From a virus (taxonomy: Duplodnaviria; Caudoviricetes), in IMG/VR virus record IMGVR_UViG_3300016471_000283, positions 1 to 43,329 of that record: a DNA stretch of 43,329 nt, one strand, 5' to 3'. Within the stretch, counting starts at the first letter, position 1, and each line of letters opens with the position of its first letter. Below are positions 18,995 to 29,877 of this stretch, piece after piece. Position numbers and translations under genes: made by a program. Under the pieces are notes generated by a model. It did no database searches. It was not told the DNA's origin and saw only the letters and a list, made by a program, of their open reading frames with translations.

Positions 18995-21900
18995 ATGGAA
19001 GTTGTAAAAAGAGATGGAACAAGAGAATATGTTAGGTTTGAAAAAATTTCATCAAGAATTAAAAAACAAACATATGGTTTAAATGAAGAATATGTTGATT
19101 ACTTTGAAGTATCAAAAAAAGTAATTGCTGGTTTATATGATGGAGTGACAACCGAAGAGCTAGATCGATTGGCCGCGGAAACATCAGCATCACTCGTAAC
19201 TAATCATCCTGATTATTCTACTTTGGCGGCACGTATTGCGATTACGTCGTTGTATAAAAGAGTCGATAAAAGGTTCACTGCTACAGCAGATAAGTTATAT
19301 CATTACATCAATCCTAAAACAGGAGAGAAAGCGGGTATGATTTCAGATGAAGTGTACAAAGTAATTGTTCAACACGGAAAAGAATTGGATGCGATGGTTG
19401 TCCATGATCGTGATTTTAATTTTGATTACTTTGGTTTTAAAACCTTAGAAAAAAGTTATCTACTCAAAATGTTTGGTGAGGCGGCAGAAACACCTCAACA
19501 TTTATACATGAGGGTTGCTGTAGGTATTTGGTTTGATAATTTGGAAATGGTACAAAAAACCTATGATATGTTATCACAAGGGTTATTTACCCATGCAACA
19601 CCTACGTTATTTAATGCTGGAACCAAACGACCACAATTGAGTTCTTGTTTCTTGTTAGATATTGATGATGATTCAATTCCTGGAATTTACAAGACATTAT
19701 CAGATTGTGCGGTGATATCTCAAAATGCTGGAGGTATAGGTGTAAATATTCACAAAATAAGAGCTAAAGGCGCTTATATTAAAGGAACCAATGGATCTTC
19801 AAATGGTATTATCCCTATGTTGAAGGTGTTTAATGAAACTGCCCGGTATGTTGATCAAGGCGGCGGGCGTAGAAAAGGTTCTATTGCGGTATATCTTGAA
19901 CCTTGGCATGCTGATGTATTTGACTTTTTAGACCTTAGAAAAAACCATGGTAAGGAAGAAATGAGAGCTCGTGATTTGTTTTTAGCTATGTGGACACCAA
20001 ACCTATTTATGGAAAGAGTTGAGAGTGATGGACTATGGTCTTTATTTTCACCTGATGAAGTACCTGGTTTGATTGATGCATATGATACACCTGATTCGAA
20101 AGCTTTCACTGAGCTTTATACAAAATACGAACGGGAAGGTAGAGCCATCAAAACTATCAAAGCTCGTGAACTTTGGGAAAAGATTTTGGATTCACAAATC
20201 GAGACTGGTACTCCATATATGTTGTACAAAGATGCGGCCAACTACAAGTCTAATCAAAAAAATTTGGGTACAATCAAATCGTCAAATTTGTGTATAGCAG
20301 GAGACCAAAGGGTTGTGACTTCTCTTGGGTATTTAACAGCGAAAGAACTCAATGAAACTAGTCAAAAGTTGGAATTGTTTAACAATAAAGAAATGGTTTT
20401 ATCATCTGAAATGAAGTTAAGAGCAGAACAGGAAGATGTATACAAAATCATTTTAGAAAATGGGATGGAACATAAAGTGACACCATACCATGGTATTCCA
20501 GTTTTAAAATCTTCTCGTAAAATTGAAAGGGTTGAGTGTAAAGACTTGAGAGTAGGTGACGTGGTTATGGTACAAACGAAGAAAGGTTTATTTGGTACCA
20601 AAGAAATGATAGATGAGGCTTTTTTGTTGGGTATGTATCAATCAGATGGGACACAAAGTGAGGGATCAATTATGTTTGATTTGTGGGAAAATGATTTTGA
20701 TTTAGTCGAGGATATAGAAAATAGACTTCAAAAATTGTATTCTAAATATGAATACAAACCAAGATACTCGAACAAAGGAGGAAAATTCATAGATTGTACT
20801 GTTCCATTTTCACCTGTTAAGAAAAAGAGATTAACAACCGACTTTTTCAAAAAAATTTTTACATTTAACAAAGGATATGTGCCAAGTTGGATTTGGGAAT
20901 CAAATGAAGAAACACAATGGTCATATCTAAAAGGTTTGTTCTATGCCGATGGTTCAGTATTCGTTAGTAAAGCACAAGGTAACCCGATTCAATTGTGTTA
21001 CGCTGATATAAATTTAGATTTTCTCAAAGAGTTACAACTTATTTTTAATAATTTAGGACTTCAATCTTCCATTAGATTACTTACAAAGGGTGGGGATAGA
21101 CTACTACCAAATGGTAAAGGAGGGCAATCAATTTATAAAACCAAAGATTGTTATAGATTAATAATTGGAAATAAAAATGATGCTTTGATATTGAATACGA
21201 AGACTGGATTTTTAGACAGAAAAAATATTATCTTGGATGAAAAAGAATACAGAGATAATACCAAAAAAGGTTATAAAGTTAGATCTATTGAGTATGTAGG
21301 TAAAGAGGATGTCTATTGCCCAACAATCAATAACGATGAACACCTTTTTGTTTCACAAGGAATGTTAACATACAATTGTACTGAAATTCTAGAATATACA
21401 GACAAAAACGAGATTGCGGTTTGTAATTTAGCGTCAGTAGCACTTCCTAAATTTGTGGACATTCCATCAGGAAAAGTACGTGAGAAAAACAAAAAGTTGC
21501 GGACTTACAACTTCCAAAAGTTATATGAAGTTGTTTATCAAATGACAATTAACTTGAATCAAGTAATCGATATAAATTATTATCCTACAATAGAAACAAG
21601 AACTTCAAATTTCAAACATAGACCTATAGGTTTAGGAGTGCAGGGTTTAGCGGACACTTTTGCAATGTTATCCCTACCTTTTGAAAGTCCTGAGGCTCAA
21701 AAATTGAATAGTGAAATATTTGAAACAATTTATTTTGCGGCGTTGTCAGCATCAAAAGATTTGGCAATGAAACATGGTCCATATGAAACATACGAAGGAT
21801 CACCAGCATCATTTGGAAAGTTACAGTTTGATTTGTGGGATGTCAGTATGGAGAATCTTTCTGGTTTATGGGATTGGAGTACATTAAAGTCTCAAATTGA

Positions 21901-22537
21901 AAAACATGGACTTAGAAATTCCTTACTTGTAGCTCCGATGCCTACCGCGAGTACCGCACAAATTCTTGGTAATAACGAATGTTTTGAACCTTTTACAACT
22001 AACCTATACAAAAGAAATGTATTAAGTGGTGAATTTGTAATTATCAATAAACATTTGGTTGAGGATTTGGTTAATCTTGGACTTTGGAACGATAGAATTC
22101 GATTGAAACTATTTGACGGAAATGGGTCAGTCCAAAAGATAGATGAAATACCATCTGAGATCAGAGAAGTTTACAAAACTGTTTGGGAAATGAAGGGTAA
22201 AACTATTTTGGATATGGCTCGAGACAGAGCAATTTTTATTGACCAATCACAATCTCTAAACATCTTTATGCAAGATGTAACTCAGTCTAAGTTATCTTCG
22301 GCACATATGTATGGATGGAAATTAGGATTAAAAACAGGAATGTATTATTTGAGAACAAAGGCTAAAGCTGCGGCGATCAAAGGATTGGGTGTTGATATGT
22401 CAGCGTTGAATACTCTAGAAACACAAGAAAGTTTCAAACCCAAACCACTCGTAAATAATAATTTGACATTGACAGAAGATATGATAAATAAAGTTTGTTC
22501 TTTGGATGAACCAAATTGTTTGACATGTAGTTCTTAG
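18995..22537 (+). CDS. nrdA: Ribonucleotide reductase class Ia alpha subunit, intein-containing
   Basis: ATP cone (VVKRDG), [16 protein letters not shown]|CTEI split by the intein, [18 protein letters not shown]-terminal CLTCSS. ATG 18995 preferred to TTG 18986. Confidence 0.97.
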   Translation: MEVVKRDGTREYVRFEKISSRIKKQTYGLNEEYVDYFEVSKKVIAGLYDGVTTEELDRLAAETSASLVTNHPDYSTLAARIAITSLYKRVDKRFTATADKLYHYINPKTGEKAGMISDEVYKVIVQHGKELDAMVVHDRDFNFDYFGFKTLEKSYLLKMFGEAAETPQHLYMRVAVGIWFDNLEMVQKTYDMLSQGLFTHATPTLFNAGTKRPQLSSCFLLDIDDDSIPGIYKTLSDCAVISQNAGGIGVNIHKIRAKGAYIKGTNGSSNGIIPMLKVFNETARYVDQGGGRRKGSIAVYLEPWHADVFDFLDLRKNHGKEEMRARDLFLAMWTPNLFMERVESDGLWSLFSPDEVPGLIDAYDTPDSKAFTELYTKYEREGRAIKTIKARELWEKILDSQIETGTPYMLYKDAANYKSNQKNLGTIKSSNLCIAGDQRVVTSLGYLTAKELNETSQKLELFNNKEMVLSSEMKLRAEQEDVYKIILENGMEHKVTPYHGIPVLKSSRKIERVECKDLRVGDVVMVQTKKGLFGTKEMIDEAFLLGMYQSDGTQSEGSIMFDLWENDFDLVEDIENRLQKLYSKYEYKPRYSNKGGKFIDCTVPFSPVKKKRLTTDFFKKIFTFNKGYVPSWIWESNEETQWSYLKGLFYADGSVFVSKAQGNPIQLCYADINLDFLKELQLIFNNLGLQSSIRLLTKGGDRLLPNGKGGQSIYKTKDCYRLIIGNKNDALILNTKTGFLDRKNIILDEKEYRDNTKKGYKVRSIEYVGKEDVYCPTINNDEHLFVSQGMLTYNCTEILEYTDKNEIAVCNLASVALPKFVDIPSGKVREKNKKLRTYNFQKLYEVVYQMTINLNQVIDINYYPTIETRTSNFKHRPIGLGVQGLADTFAMLSLPFESPEAQKLNSEIFETIYFAALSASKDLAMKHGPYETYEGSPASFGKLQFDLWDVSMENLSGLWDWSTLKSQIEKHGLRNSLLVAPMPTASTAQILGNNECFEPFTTNLYKRNVLSGEFVIINKHLVEDLVNLGLWNDRIRLKLFDGNGSVQKIDEIPSEIREVYKTVWEMKGKTILDMARDRAIFIDQSQSLNIFMQDVTQSKLSSAHMYGWKLGLKTGMYYLRTKAKAAAIKGLGVDMSALNTLETQESFKPKPLVNNNLTLTEDMINKVCSLDEPNCLTCSS
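20291..21376 (+). mobile_element. Intein with LAGLIDADG homing endonuclease (362 aa) in nrdA
   Basis: Starts CIAGDQRV, block B VTPYH, LAGLIDADG blocks LLGMYQSDG and LKGLFYADG, ends [10 protein letters not shown] before C+1; removal restores SNLCTEI. Confidence 0.95.
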
Positions 22538-22564
22538 AACTACATCACAAAATTCAAGGTGATA

Positions 22565-22576
22565 TATTTATAAATA
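22565..22576 (+). promoter_or_regulatory. Overlapping TATTTATA/TATAAATA palindrome before the gp25 gene
   Basis: ATATATTTATAAATATAT immediately precedes and overlaps ATG 22578, at the replication-to-structural transition. Confidence 0.5.
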
Positions 22577-22577
22577 T

Positions 22578-23039
22578 ATGGCACAAGGAAAGACATATGG
22601 TATAAGTTTTCCATTTATGGAAAGTATTGAAGGTAAGTATTTGGAGCTAACTGAATATGTTTCTGAAGAAATTCGAACAAATCTTATTCATCTTCTATTA
22701 ACAAGAAGAGGTAGTCGTTATTTTCTTCCAAATTTTGGGACTAGACTATATGAATATTTGTTTCAACCCATGGATGGACCTACATTTTTAGAGATTGAAT
22801 CTGAAATTAAAGATTCTGTACAACAATTTTTACCTAATTTACAAATTACAAATATAATTATTAAAGCGGCGTCTGATGATATGGACGGTATGACATCAAC
22901 AACCGCTGGTAAAGGTGTAAATCTAGAATTAAATATCCCTCATCAAAATGTTTCAGAATACACTGCAAAAATTAGAATTGATTATGCGATATCTAATGAT
23001 ATCTTCAATTCTAAAGATTTTATAATTATTAATATTTAA
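22578..23039 (+). CDS. Baseplate wedge / sheath initiator, T4 gp25-like
   Basis: YGISFPF...IRTNLIHLLLTRRGSRYFLPNFGTRLYEYLFQP. Confidence 0.92.
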   Translation: MAQGKTYGISFPFMESIEGKYLELTEYVSEEIRTNLIHLLLTRRGSRYFLPNFGTRLYEYLFQPMDGPTFLEIESEIKDSVQQFLPNLQITNIIIKAASDDMDGMTSTTAGKGVNLELNIPHQNVSEYTAKIRIDYAISNDIFNSKDFIIINI

Positions 23040-23040
23040 T

Positions 23041-24882
23041 ATGGCTGAAAGAAAAATATCATATACCGCTAGAGATTTTGTAACTATTCGACAAGAATTA
23101 ATTAACTATACTAAGACATATTATCCAGAGTTAATTGATAATTTCAATGACGCTGCAATATTTTCGGTATTTTTGGATTTAAATGCGGCAGTTGCTGACA
23201 ATCTTCATTATAATATTGATAGGAGTATACAAGAAACAGTATTACAATTTGCACAACAACGGTCTTCTATTTATAATATTGCAAGAACCTATGGACTTAA
23301 AATACCTGGTCAGAAACCATCAGTTGCATTAGTTGATTTTTCTATAACAGTACCGGCTTTTGGGGATAAAGAAGACGAGAGATATTTAGGAACTTTAAGA
23401 AGAGGTAGTCAAGTAATAGGCGCTGGTCAAATTTTTGAAACAGTTTATGATATAAATTTTGCGTCACCATTTAATGTAGATGGTATACCTAATCGATTAA
23501 AAATACCAAATTTTGATACAAATAATAATTTAATAAATTATACAATAACAAAAAGAGAAACTGTTGTAAATGGAATAACTAAAGTATACAAAAGAACTAT
23601 TTTACCAAATAATGTAGTACCTTTTTTTAGTTTCTTTTTACCAGAAAAAAATGTTTTGGGGATAACCTCGGTGATTCAAAAACCAGGAACGGCATATTCT
23701 AATATTCCAACAGATCAAGAATTTTTAGGATTACAAGGTAGGTGGTATGAAGTGCCAGCATTAGCTGAAAGTAGAATTTTTGTTGAAGATCCATCTAAGC
23801 CGTCTGATGACCCAGCAATTAAAGTAGGAGTTTACATTGAAACTCAAAATAGATTTATTACTGAATATACGCCTGAAGGTTTTTACAAAATCACTTTTGG
23901 TGGTGGTACAAACACGGCTGACGACCAGCTTAGAGAATTTACCACACTAAATGTGCCTCTTAAAATACAACGTTATCAGAACAATTCATTAGCTTTAGGA
24001 GCAATACCACAGTCTAATACTACATTATTTATTCAGTATAGAATTGGTGGTGGTCTTGCAACAAATTTAGGTGTAAATGTAATTAATCAAATTGGAACTG
24101 TAAATTTTTTTGTAAATGGCCCATCAGAAACAGTGAACAATCAAGTTGTAAATTCTTTAGTATGTAACAACCCTGTTGCGGCAATTGGGGGAGCTGGTTA
24201 TCCATCAACAGAGGAAGTAAGAAATTACGTAACTTTTAATTTTAGTGCACAAAATAGGGCGGTCACAATTCAAGATTATGAATCTGTTTTAAGAAATATG
24301 CCACCACAATTTGGAGCACCAGCAAAAGTTTCTATTACTGAAATTAATAATAAAATAAATGTAAATGTTTTATCTTATAATCAAGATGGAAAATTAGTTT
24401 CAGAAATTTCACAAACATTAAAAAACAATATAGCCGAATATCTCTCAAATTATAGAATGATAAATGACTATATTACAATTGGAAGTGCTCAAGTAATAGA
24501 TATTTCGGTTGACACATCTGTTGTTTTAGACGCTTCACAAAATCAAGGTGTTGTTATTACTAATATAATTGATAAGATCACAACATTTTTTAGTCCAACA
24601 GTTCGTGGAATGGGACAGAACGTTGTACTATCTGAACTTTATAGAATAATTCAGAATGAAAACGGTGTTTTAAGTGTCAACGAAATTTCTATATTTGGAA
24701 AAGTAGGAGGACAATATTCATCATCACAAACTTCAATGCCATACTCAGATCCTGAAACTAAGAGAATATCTTTAGTTGACAATACGATTTTTGCAGAACC
24801 AAACCAAATTTATCAAATTAGATTTCCAAACAGAGATATCACTGTTAGAACAAAAAACTATCAATCTATAATTTTTACCTAA
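23041..24882 (+). CDS. Baseplate wedge subunit, T4 gp6 / baseplate-J-like
   Basis: ISYTARDFVTIRQELINY...YPE...F, YRIGGG, AQNRAVTIQDY; follows gp25. Confidence 0.88.
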   Translation: MAERKISYTARDFVTIRQELINYTKTYYPELIDNFNDAAIFSVFLDLNAAVADNLHYNIDRSIQETVLQFAQQRSSIYNIARTYGLKIPGQKPSVALVDFSITVPAFGDKEDERYLGTLRRGSQVIGAGQIFETVYDINFASPFNVDGIPNRLKIPNFDTNNNLINYTITKRETVVNGITKVYKRTILPNNVVPFFSFFLPEKNVLGITSVIQKPGTAYSNIPTDQEFLGLQGRWYEVPALAESRIFVEDPSKPSDDPAIKVGVYIETQNRFITEYTPEGFYKITFGGGTNTADDQLREFTTLNVPLKIQRYQNNSLALGAIPQSNTTLFIQYRIGGGLATNLGVNVINQIGTVNFFVNGPSETVNNQVVNSLVCNNPVAAIGGAGYPSTEEVRNYVTFNFSAQNRAVTIQDYESVLRNMPPQFGAPAKVSITEINNKINVNVLSYNQDGKLVSEISQTLKNNIAEYLSNYRMINDYITIGSAQVIDISVDTSVVLDASQNQGVVITNIIDKITTFFSPTVRGMGQNVVLSELYRIIQNENGVLSVNEISIFGKVGGQYSSSQTSMPYSDPETKRISLVDNTIFAEPNQIYQIRFPNRDITVRTKNYQSIIFT

Positions 24883-24932
24883 TAATTTGTTTTTTTGAGG
24901 TAAAAACTTCATTTTCAAAATAGTATTAATAC

Positions 24933-24940
24933 TATTTATG
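24933..24940 (+). promoter_or_regulatory. TATTTATG upstream motif
   Basis: 13 nt before ATG 24954. Confidence 0.45.
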
Positions 24941-24953
24941 ATAAAGACATTTT

Positions 24954-27900
24954 ATGTCCAATAATTATAGAATTAAAACTAAAATAGGTGTTGATAGACA
25001 TGTAAATTTACAATTAGATCAAGATTTTGATCAACTGGAAATACTATCATTAAAGATAAGACAAGAAGATGTATATCCAAGATTTTGTTCGGATTATGGC
25101 GTTGTTGCTGGTAGAGTTTTAGTAAATGATGGATATGGAGTCCCAAATGTTAAAATTAGTATATTTGTTCCTTTAGATCAAATAGACCTAAATAATCAAA
25201 TAATAGCAGATTTATATCCATATAAAAATATAACTGATTTAAATGATGATGGTTATAGATATAATTTATTACCATATCAAAAACAACATGGAGGTCATAC
25301 ACCTACAGGTACTTTTCCATCAAAACAAGACATCGTTACCAATCCTGCGCTAGTTGAAATTTATGATAAATATTATAGATTTTGCGTAAAAACAAATGGT
25401 AGTGGTGATTTTATGATAACAGGAGTGCCTTTAGGTGAGTGGCAACTTGTTATGGATTGTGATTTATCTGATATTGGACCATTTTCAGTCTCACCTCAAG
25501 ACTTGGTTGATATAGGATTAGCAACACTAGAACAAATTGATGGAAATAAATTTTCATCGTCAAATAGTTTATCACAATTACCTCAGATTATTAATCAAAT
25601 TCAAACTATACAAATTGATCCATTTTGGGGAGACCCAAACTTATGTCAGATAAAAATAACAAGACAAGATTTTAATTTACAAGATTCAGGCGTAAGAATA
25701 AGACCAACCGCATTGTTTATGGGTTCTTTATTTACTAATGTTGATGAACAAAATATTAGTAAAAGATGTAGACCAACAAAAGGCATTGGAAACTTGTGTA
25801 ATCTCAAATCAGATACAGGCGAAATAATTGCAATAAGACAAACAATTTTTAATGATGATTCTGGTTATCCAATACTCGAACAAGCGTCTTTACCGAATGG
25901 GGGTAAAGTAATTGATGAAGACGGAACATTTTTATTGAATGTTCCTATGAATATGGATTATGTCACAACAAATGAATTTGGTGAACAAATTATTAGTTTA
26001 GATCCCACAATTGGTATACCAACTACAGGAAAATACAGATTTAAGATAAAATATGATCAGCCATCTACATTTGAAAAAAGAGAAATAAGGAGAGGATATT
26101 TTTTAGTGCCAAATATAAAAGAGTATGGATGGACGCAAAACCCGAGTCAAGATCCTGCCTATCAAAAATTGAACAATTCTCAGAACTCTAAAAATTATAA
26201 AATGTTCCAAAGTTCATATTATTTTGGACTTGATTGGAGTGGATATACAAATGGTTTTGATCAAAATGAATTGATTAATAGAGTTAATGAAATAATAAAC
26301 TGTGACGATACTTTTTTTAAAATTAAATTTAATAAAGTTTATACTACCACACAATTAATTGACAATTTTAAAAGTGGAAATCATCAAAGATTTGTTGCAA
26401 TAAAAGATATCTCTGACAACACATGTGAAAGTGAAATAAATAAATTTCCAGCGACTGACGCTAGTTATAAGTTTGATTTTATATTTTTCATTACAAATTT
26501 ATTAATTAGTATTATTAGTTTAATTTTTTTGTTTTTAATTCCAATAACTCATATTATTTCACTTCTTTTAACATTTATTAGAGAGCTTTTGATTCTTATT
26601 ATAGTACCAATCTCACGTCTTGTTTATAGAATATGTAATTTTGCTAGAAAAATTGGTTTTAGAGTAAAATGTAAAAAACCAATGACTGCTAGAGAAATAA
26701 GAAAAAGATTTCCGTCTTTAAAAAAAATTAAAATACCAATCTTAACATATCCAGATTGTGAGGCGTGTGACTGTTCAGGTGAAGATTTAGACAATGGTGA
26801 GGGTTTTGATGATACAAGTTGTAATGCGGATTTGAATGTTTCTACTAATTGGTCAGCACCACCACAACGAGATGAAAACGACAAAAGAGAATACATAGAA
26901 CTAGACAGAATTCAATACATGTGGGCCGGTTGGGGCTATGATGATGTGGAAGAAAGAGGATACCCCTTTCAAGAGAGAATCCCTCATGCATGGAGTAAAG
27001 GACAGGGGTGGAGGTCAGATTGGCGTTATTTTGTAAATTGTTTACCACCTTGGGAAATTTTAAATCAATTTTCTCTCAAAGGAAATTATTTTCTTGAAGG
27101 ATTTAACGCTAGTAAAATTGGTGTCACATTTAATCCTGATTACAATATTGGAAAACAACACTTCGACAATGTCGTTGCACTATTAGTGGATGATCAGTGT
27201 TTTACATCATTATCTGGACAAACTTTACTTTCGTTTCAAAACCCAGTTTTATCTAAAGATATAAATGCGGCAAATGTAATTTCTGGACTTACAATGACCA
27301 ATGGTACTATAGAGGTTTCATATGCTAATTTTAATAATATGCTTCTTCCAGGGTCTACTACGGTTTACAATATAGGTAGTGGAGGAACACCATCATTTAG
27401 TGCTGCTAGTTATTATTTTGCTTCTGACATAGAATATTTTCAAGTCATTACCGGTATGTCTTGGAGTCAATTTTCTAGCATAAATAGAGCAACTTCAAAC
27501 GAATTTAGTTTAGGTGAACGACTTACTAAAAGGTTTACACTATATTACGATCCAGAAGGATTTCAAACCGGGGCGCCTTTTGATGACCCATCCTTGAATA
27601 ATTATTTAAATTATTATAAAGGCGAAGGAGGATTATACATAATATTCATGGTTAGAGGTGTTGATCCGTTTAGCGGAAAACACAAAGTAAAATATGATCT
27701 TTCTAACATTTTTGGCCGTACAACTCCAAATGAAGTTGTTGTCGTTGGTAATTATTATTTAAACATACCAATACAACCAGGAGGACGATGTGTTAGACAT
27801 GATCAATTAACATCTAATAGTCAAGTACAAAATGATGGTAATAATCCAAATGTTAACATAAAAATATATTTTGATTCTTATTTATTTACACCAGGTAATG

Positions 27901-29876
27901 ATTGGCAGTCATATCAAACAGATCTACACTTATATTATTCTTCACTAGATAAAGAACAACTTAATAGGTTTTATCCTGCTGGTGCTAACTTTTCTTTAAA
28001 CACTTTTGAGTTTGCGCCAAACGGACTTTCTGATAGATTGATGACTGTGGCATATCAGGATCAGAATTCGTATTTACAGTGGGGAGAATATATCGAAGGT
28101 GGTTCATGTATTGCATATCAAGATACTCAACTTAGAAGCCCTCAACAAGATAGAGCAAGACCTTGGGCATATTTCGGACCATCTTACATAAACGGATCAT
28201 ATTCAATTCAACCGACGCCATCAAATAGACCATTATTGACAATGAGCGATCGATTTGCTTTGGTGATGAGAACTGATAGATTACCAACTGGTACTGATTT
28301 AGATACTTTATTTAATAATACATTTTCTTTTCAGTGTAGTCAAAATTTAGGTTATTATTTTATATCTGAATTTGGAGGTACTAGTATTATTTTGGGAGAT
28401 TTAATACCAGATGATGTGGATGCGGAATTAATTGATGATGTAATTACTGGTAATACCACACAACAAATTTTGGGAAGCTTAACTTGTCAAGGATTAAGAG
28501 ATTTGGACTGTTATCAATTAAATGGTGGAACAGTAACCGTTTTACCAAAAGAAAATGAGTGTAATACAAATACAAGTCAAAATTTACCAGTTATTACAGA
28601 TGGTTGTTATAGTTTGATAAATGTGCCGTTTTTTTCTTTATTTGGTCGTAACAATGATTTTACCATTTTAAATGAATGGAAACTTAGGTTTAGATCAACA
28701 TTTGCTTTATGTAGAGGTTTGATATCTCAAAATTTTAATAATTCTTGGATAAACGGATCTTTATTTGCGTTTCCTTTTAGTTCTAATATATTTTTTGATA
28801 ATAAAAATAAACCATATATTAGAAAAGAACTTATGTTTACTAATTTAGGCCAACAAGTAGAATATGCATTTTGTGGAGTACAAATTGCATATGAAGAACA
28901 ATCGAGTAATTTTTATTACAGATCAAGTCCATATAGTTTAACAAAAGGTTTCATAGGGTCATCATACAGTTTTTTTAATAGACAATTTAACTCTAAATAT
29001 TTAAAATATCCTACATCAATGGTTGATTTAGGACCTCAATATAGGTGGACTAAAGATGTATATTACTCAGATGAATATTTTGGGTATATTATGGATGAAT
29101 TAGAACCAACCACTTATGCACCTACAGAAAATTTAAATTCTTTATTTGCGTTATCTAGAATTGTAAATGCAAATATATTTTTTTCTGTCGGTATTGCCAA
29201 ATCTCTTTTTTCAAGACCGACAAGAAAAATAGATGGGGATTACGCACAAATGATTCAGATTAATTCTCAATATGGAATAAATCCATTTAATCCTGAAAAT
29301 TACGAAGACACATCAGGGTCAACATCACCAATTTATATTGCGGTTTCACCTAGTATTAGTCAAATTATTGGAACACAAAATACTGTATTTGGAATTTTTT
29401 ACACAGGTAACACTTTTGATAGAGATTTGATTTCACCTAGAAGAATAAATTACACACTAACAGGTAGTGTAGCTGATTTTAAATCAGATATTTTACCACT
29501 TACAAATCAAAAAGTACCTTTTTATTTTTGGCGTAACTTAGGTTATGACACTAGTGTTAATTATAATTTTCCATCATCTATTTTTGGTACAGAAAAAAAT
29601 AACTGGGTAACAGATAAAGATATATTTTCTCCTTATGAATATCAAAGAATTAATAGATTTTACTTTCCTTCATTTAGGGGTGGGAATCAACAAGTTCAAA
29701 ATTCATTTGGGTATGTTTATCAAACAAATCAGACTGGCGGGAATAACCCTAATATAGTTCAAGGAACATCAAATTACGAAACTATAACATCTGGACCGTA
29801 TTATTTCTACTTTGGTATAAAAAACGGCGCAACCGCAATTGATAAATTTAGACAAAAATATATTCCTTCTGAATAA
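24954..29876 (+). CDS. Large putative virion/baseplate-associated protein with N-terminal carboxypeptidase-regulatory-like beta domain and an internal hydrophobic segment
   Basis: 1640 aa; GVVAGRVLVNDGYGVPNVKISIF...KTNGSGDFMITGVPLGEW; about 45-aa hydrophobic stretch; located in the baseplate cluster. Confidence 0.6.
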   Translation: MSNNYRIKTKIGVDRHVNLQLDQDFDQLEILSLKIRQEDVYPRFCSDYGVVAGRVLVNDGYGVPNVKISIFVPLDQIDLNNQIIADLYPYKNITDLNDDGYRYNLLPYQKQHGGHTPTGTFPSKQDIVTNPALVEIYDKYYRFCVKTNGSGDFMITGVPLGEWQLVMDCDLSDIGPFSVSPQDLVDIGLATLEQIDGNKFSSSNSLSQLPQIINQIQTIQIDPFWGDPNLCQIKITRQDFNLQDSGVRIRPTALFMGSLFTNVDEQNISKRCRPTKGIGNLCNLKSDTGEIIAIRQTIFNDDSGYPILEQASLPNGGKVIDEDGTFLLNVPMNMDYVTTNEFGEQIISLDPTIGIPTTGKYRFKIKYDQPSTFEKREIRRGYFLVPNIKEYGWTQNPSQDPAYQKLNNSQNSKNYKMFQSSYYFGLDWSGYTNGFDQNELINRVNEIINCDDTFFKIKFNKVYTTTQLIDNFKSGNHQRFVAIKDISDNTCESEINKFPATDASYKFDFIFFITNLLISIISLIFLFLIPITHIISLLLTFIRELLILIIVPISRLVYRICNFARKIGFRVKCKKPMTAREIRKRFPSLKKIKIPILTYPDCEACDCSGEDLDNGEGFDDTSCNADLNVSTNWSAPPQRDENDKREYIELDRIQYMWAGWGYDDVEERGYPFQERIPHAWSKGQGWRSDWRYFVNCLPPWEILNQFSLKGNYFLEGFNASKIGVTFNPDYNIGKQHFDNVVALLVDDQCFTSLSGQTLLSFQNPVLSKDINAANVISGLTMTNGTIEVSYANFNNMLLPGSTTVYNIGSGGTPSFSAASYYFASDIEYFQVITGMSWSQFSSINRATSNEFSLGERLTKRFTLYYDPEGFQTGAPFDDPSLNNYLNYYKGEGGLYIIFMVRGVDPFSGKHKVKYDLSNIFGRTTPNEVVVVGNYYLNIPIQPGGRCVRHDQLTSNSQVQNDGNNPNVNIKIYFDSYLFTPGNDWQSYQTDLHLYYSSLDKEQLNRFYPAGANFSLNTFEFAPNGLSDRLMTVAYQDQNSYLQWGEYIEGGSCIAYQDTQLRSPQQDRARPWAYFGPSYINGSYSIQPTPSNRPLLTMSDRFALVMRTDRLPTGTDLDTLFNNTFSFQCSQNLGYYFISEFGGTSIILGDLIPDDVDAELIDDVITGNTTQQILGSLTCQGLRDLDCYQLNGGTVTVLPKENECNTNTSQNLPVITDGCYSLINVPFFSLFGRNNDFTILNEWKLRFRSTFALCRGLISQNFNNSWINGSLFAFPFSSNIFFDNKNKPYIRKELMFTNLGQQVEYAFCGVQIAYEEQSSNFYYRSSPYSLTKGFIGSSYSFFNRQFNSKYLKYPTSMVDLGPQYRWTKDVYYSDEYFGYIMDELEPTTYAPTENLNSLFALSRIVNANIFFSVGIAKSLFSRPTRKIDGDYAQMIQINSQYGINPFNPENYEDTSGSTSPIYIAVSPSISQIIGTQNTVFGIFYTGNTFDRDLISPRRINYTLTGSVADFKSDILPLTNQKVPFYFWRNLGYDTSVNYNFPSSIFGTEKNNWVTDKDIFSPYEYQRINRFYFPSFRGGNQQVQNSFGYVYQTNQTGGNNPNIVQGTSNYETITSGPYYFYFGIKNGATAIDKFRQKYIPSE

Positions 29877-29877
29877 T

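Noticed and set aside
18020-22537. Eukaryotic or giant-virus (NCLDV) origin suggested by the eukaryote-like RNR
   Set aside because: The surrounding gp32, UvsX, gp41, gp25 and gp6 genes and tightly coupled operons indicate a tailed phage; this RNR type also occurs in bacteria.
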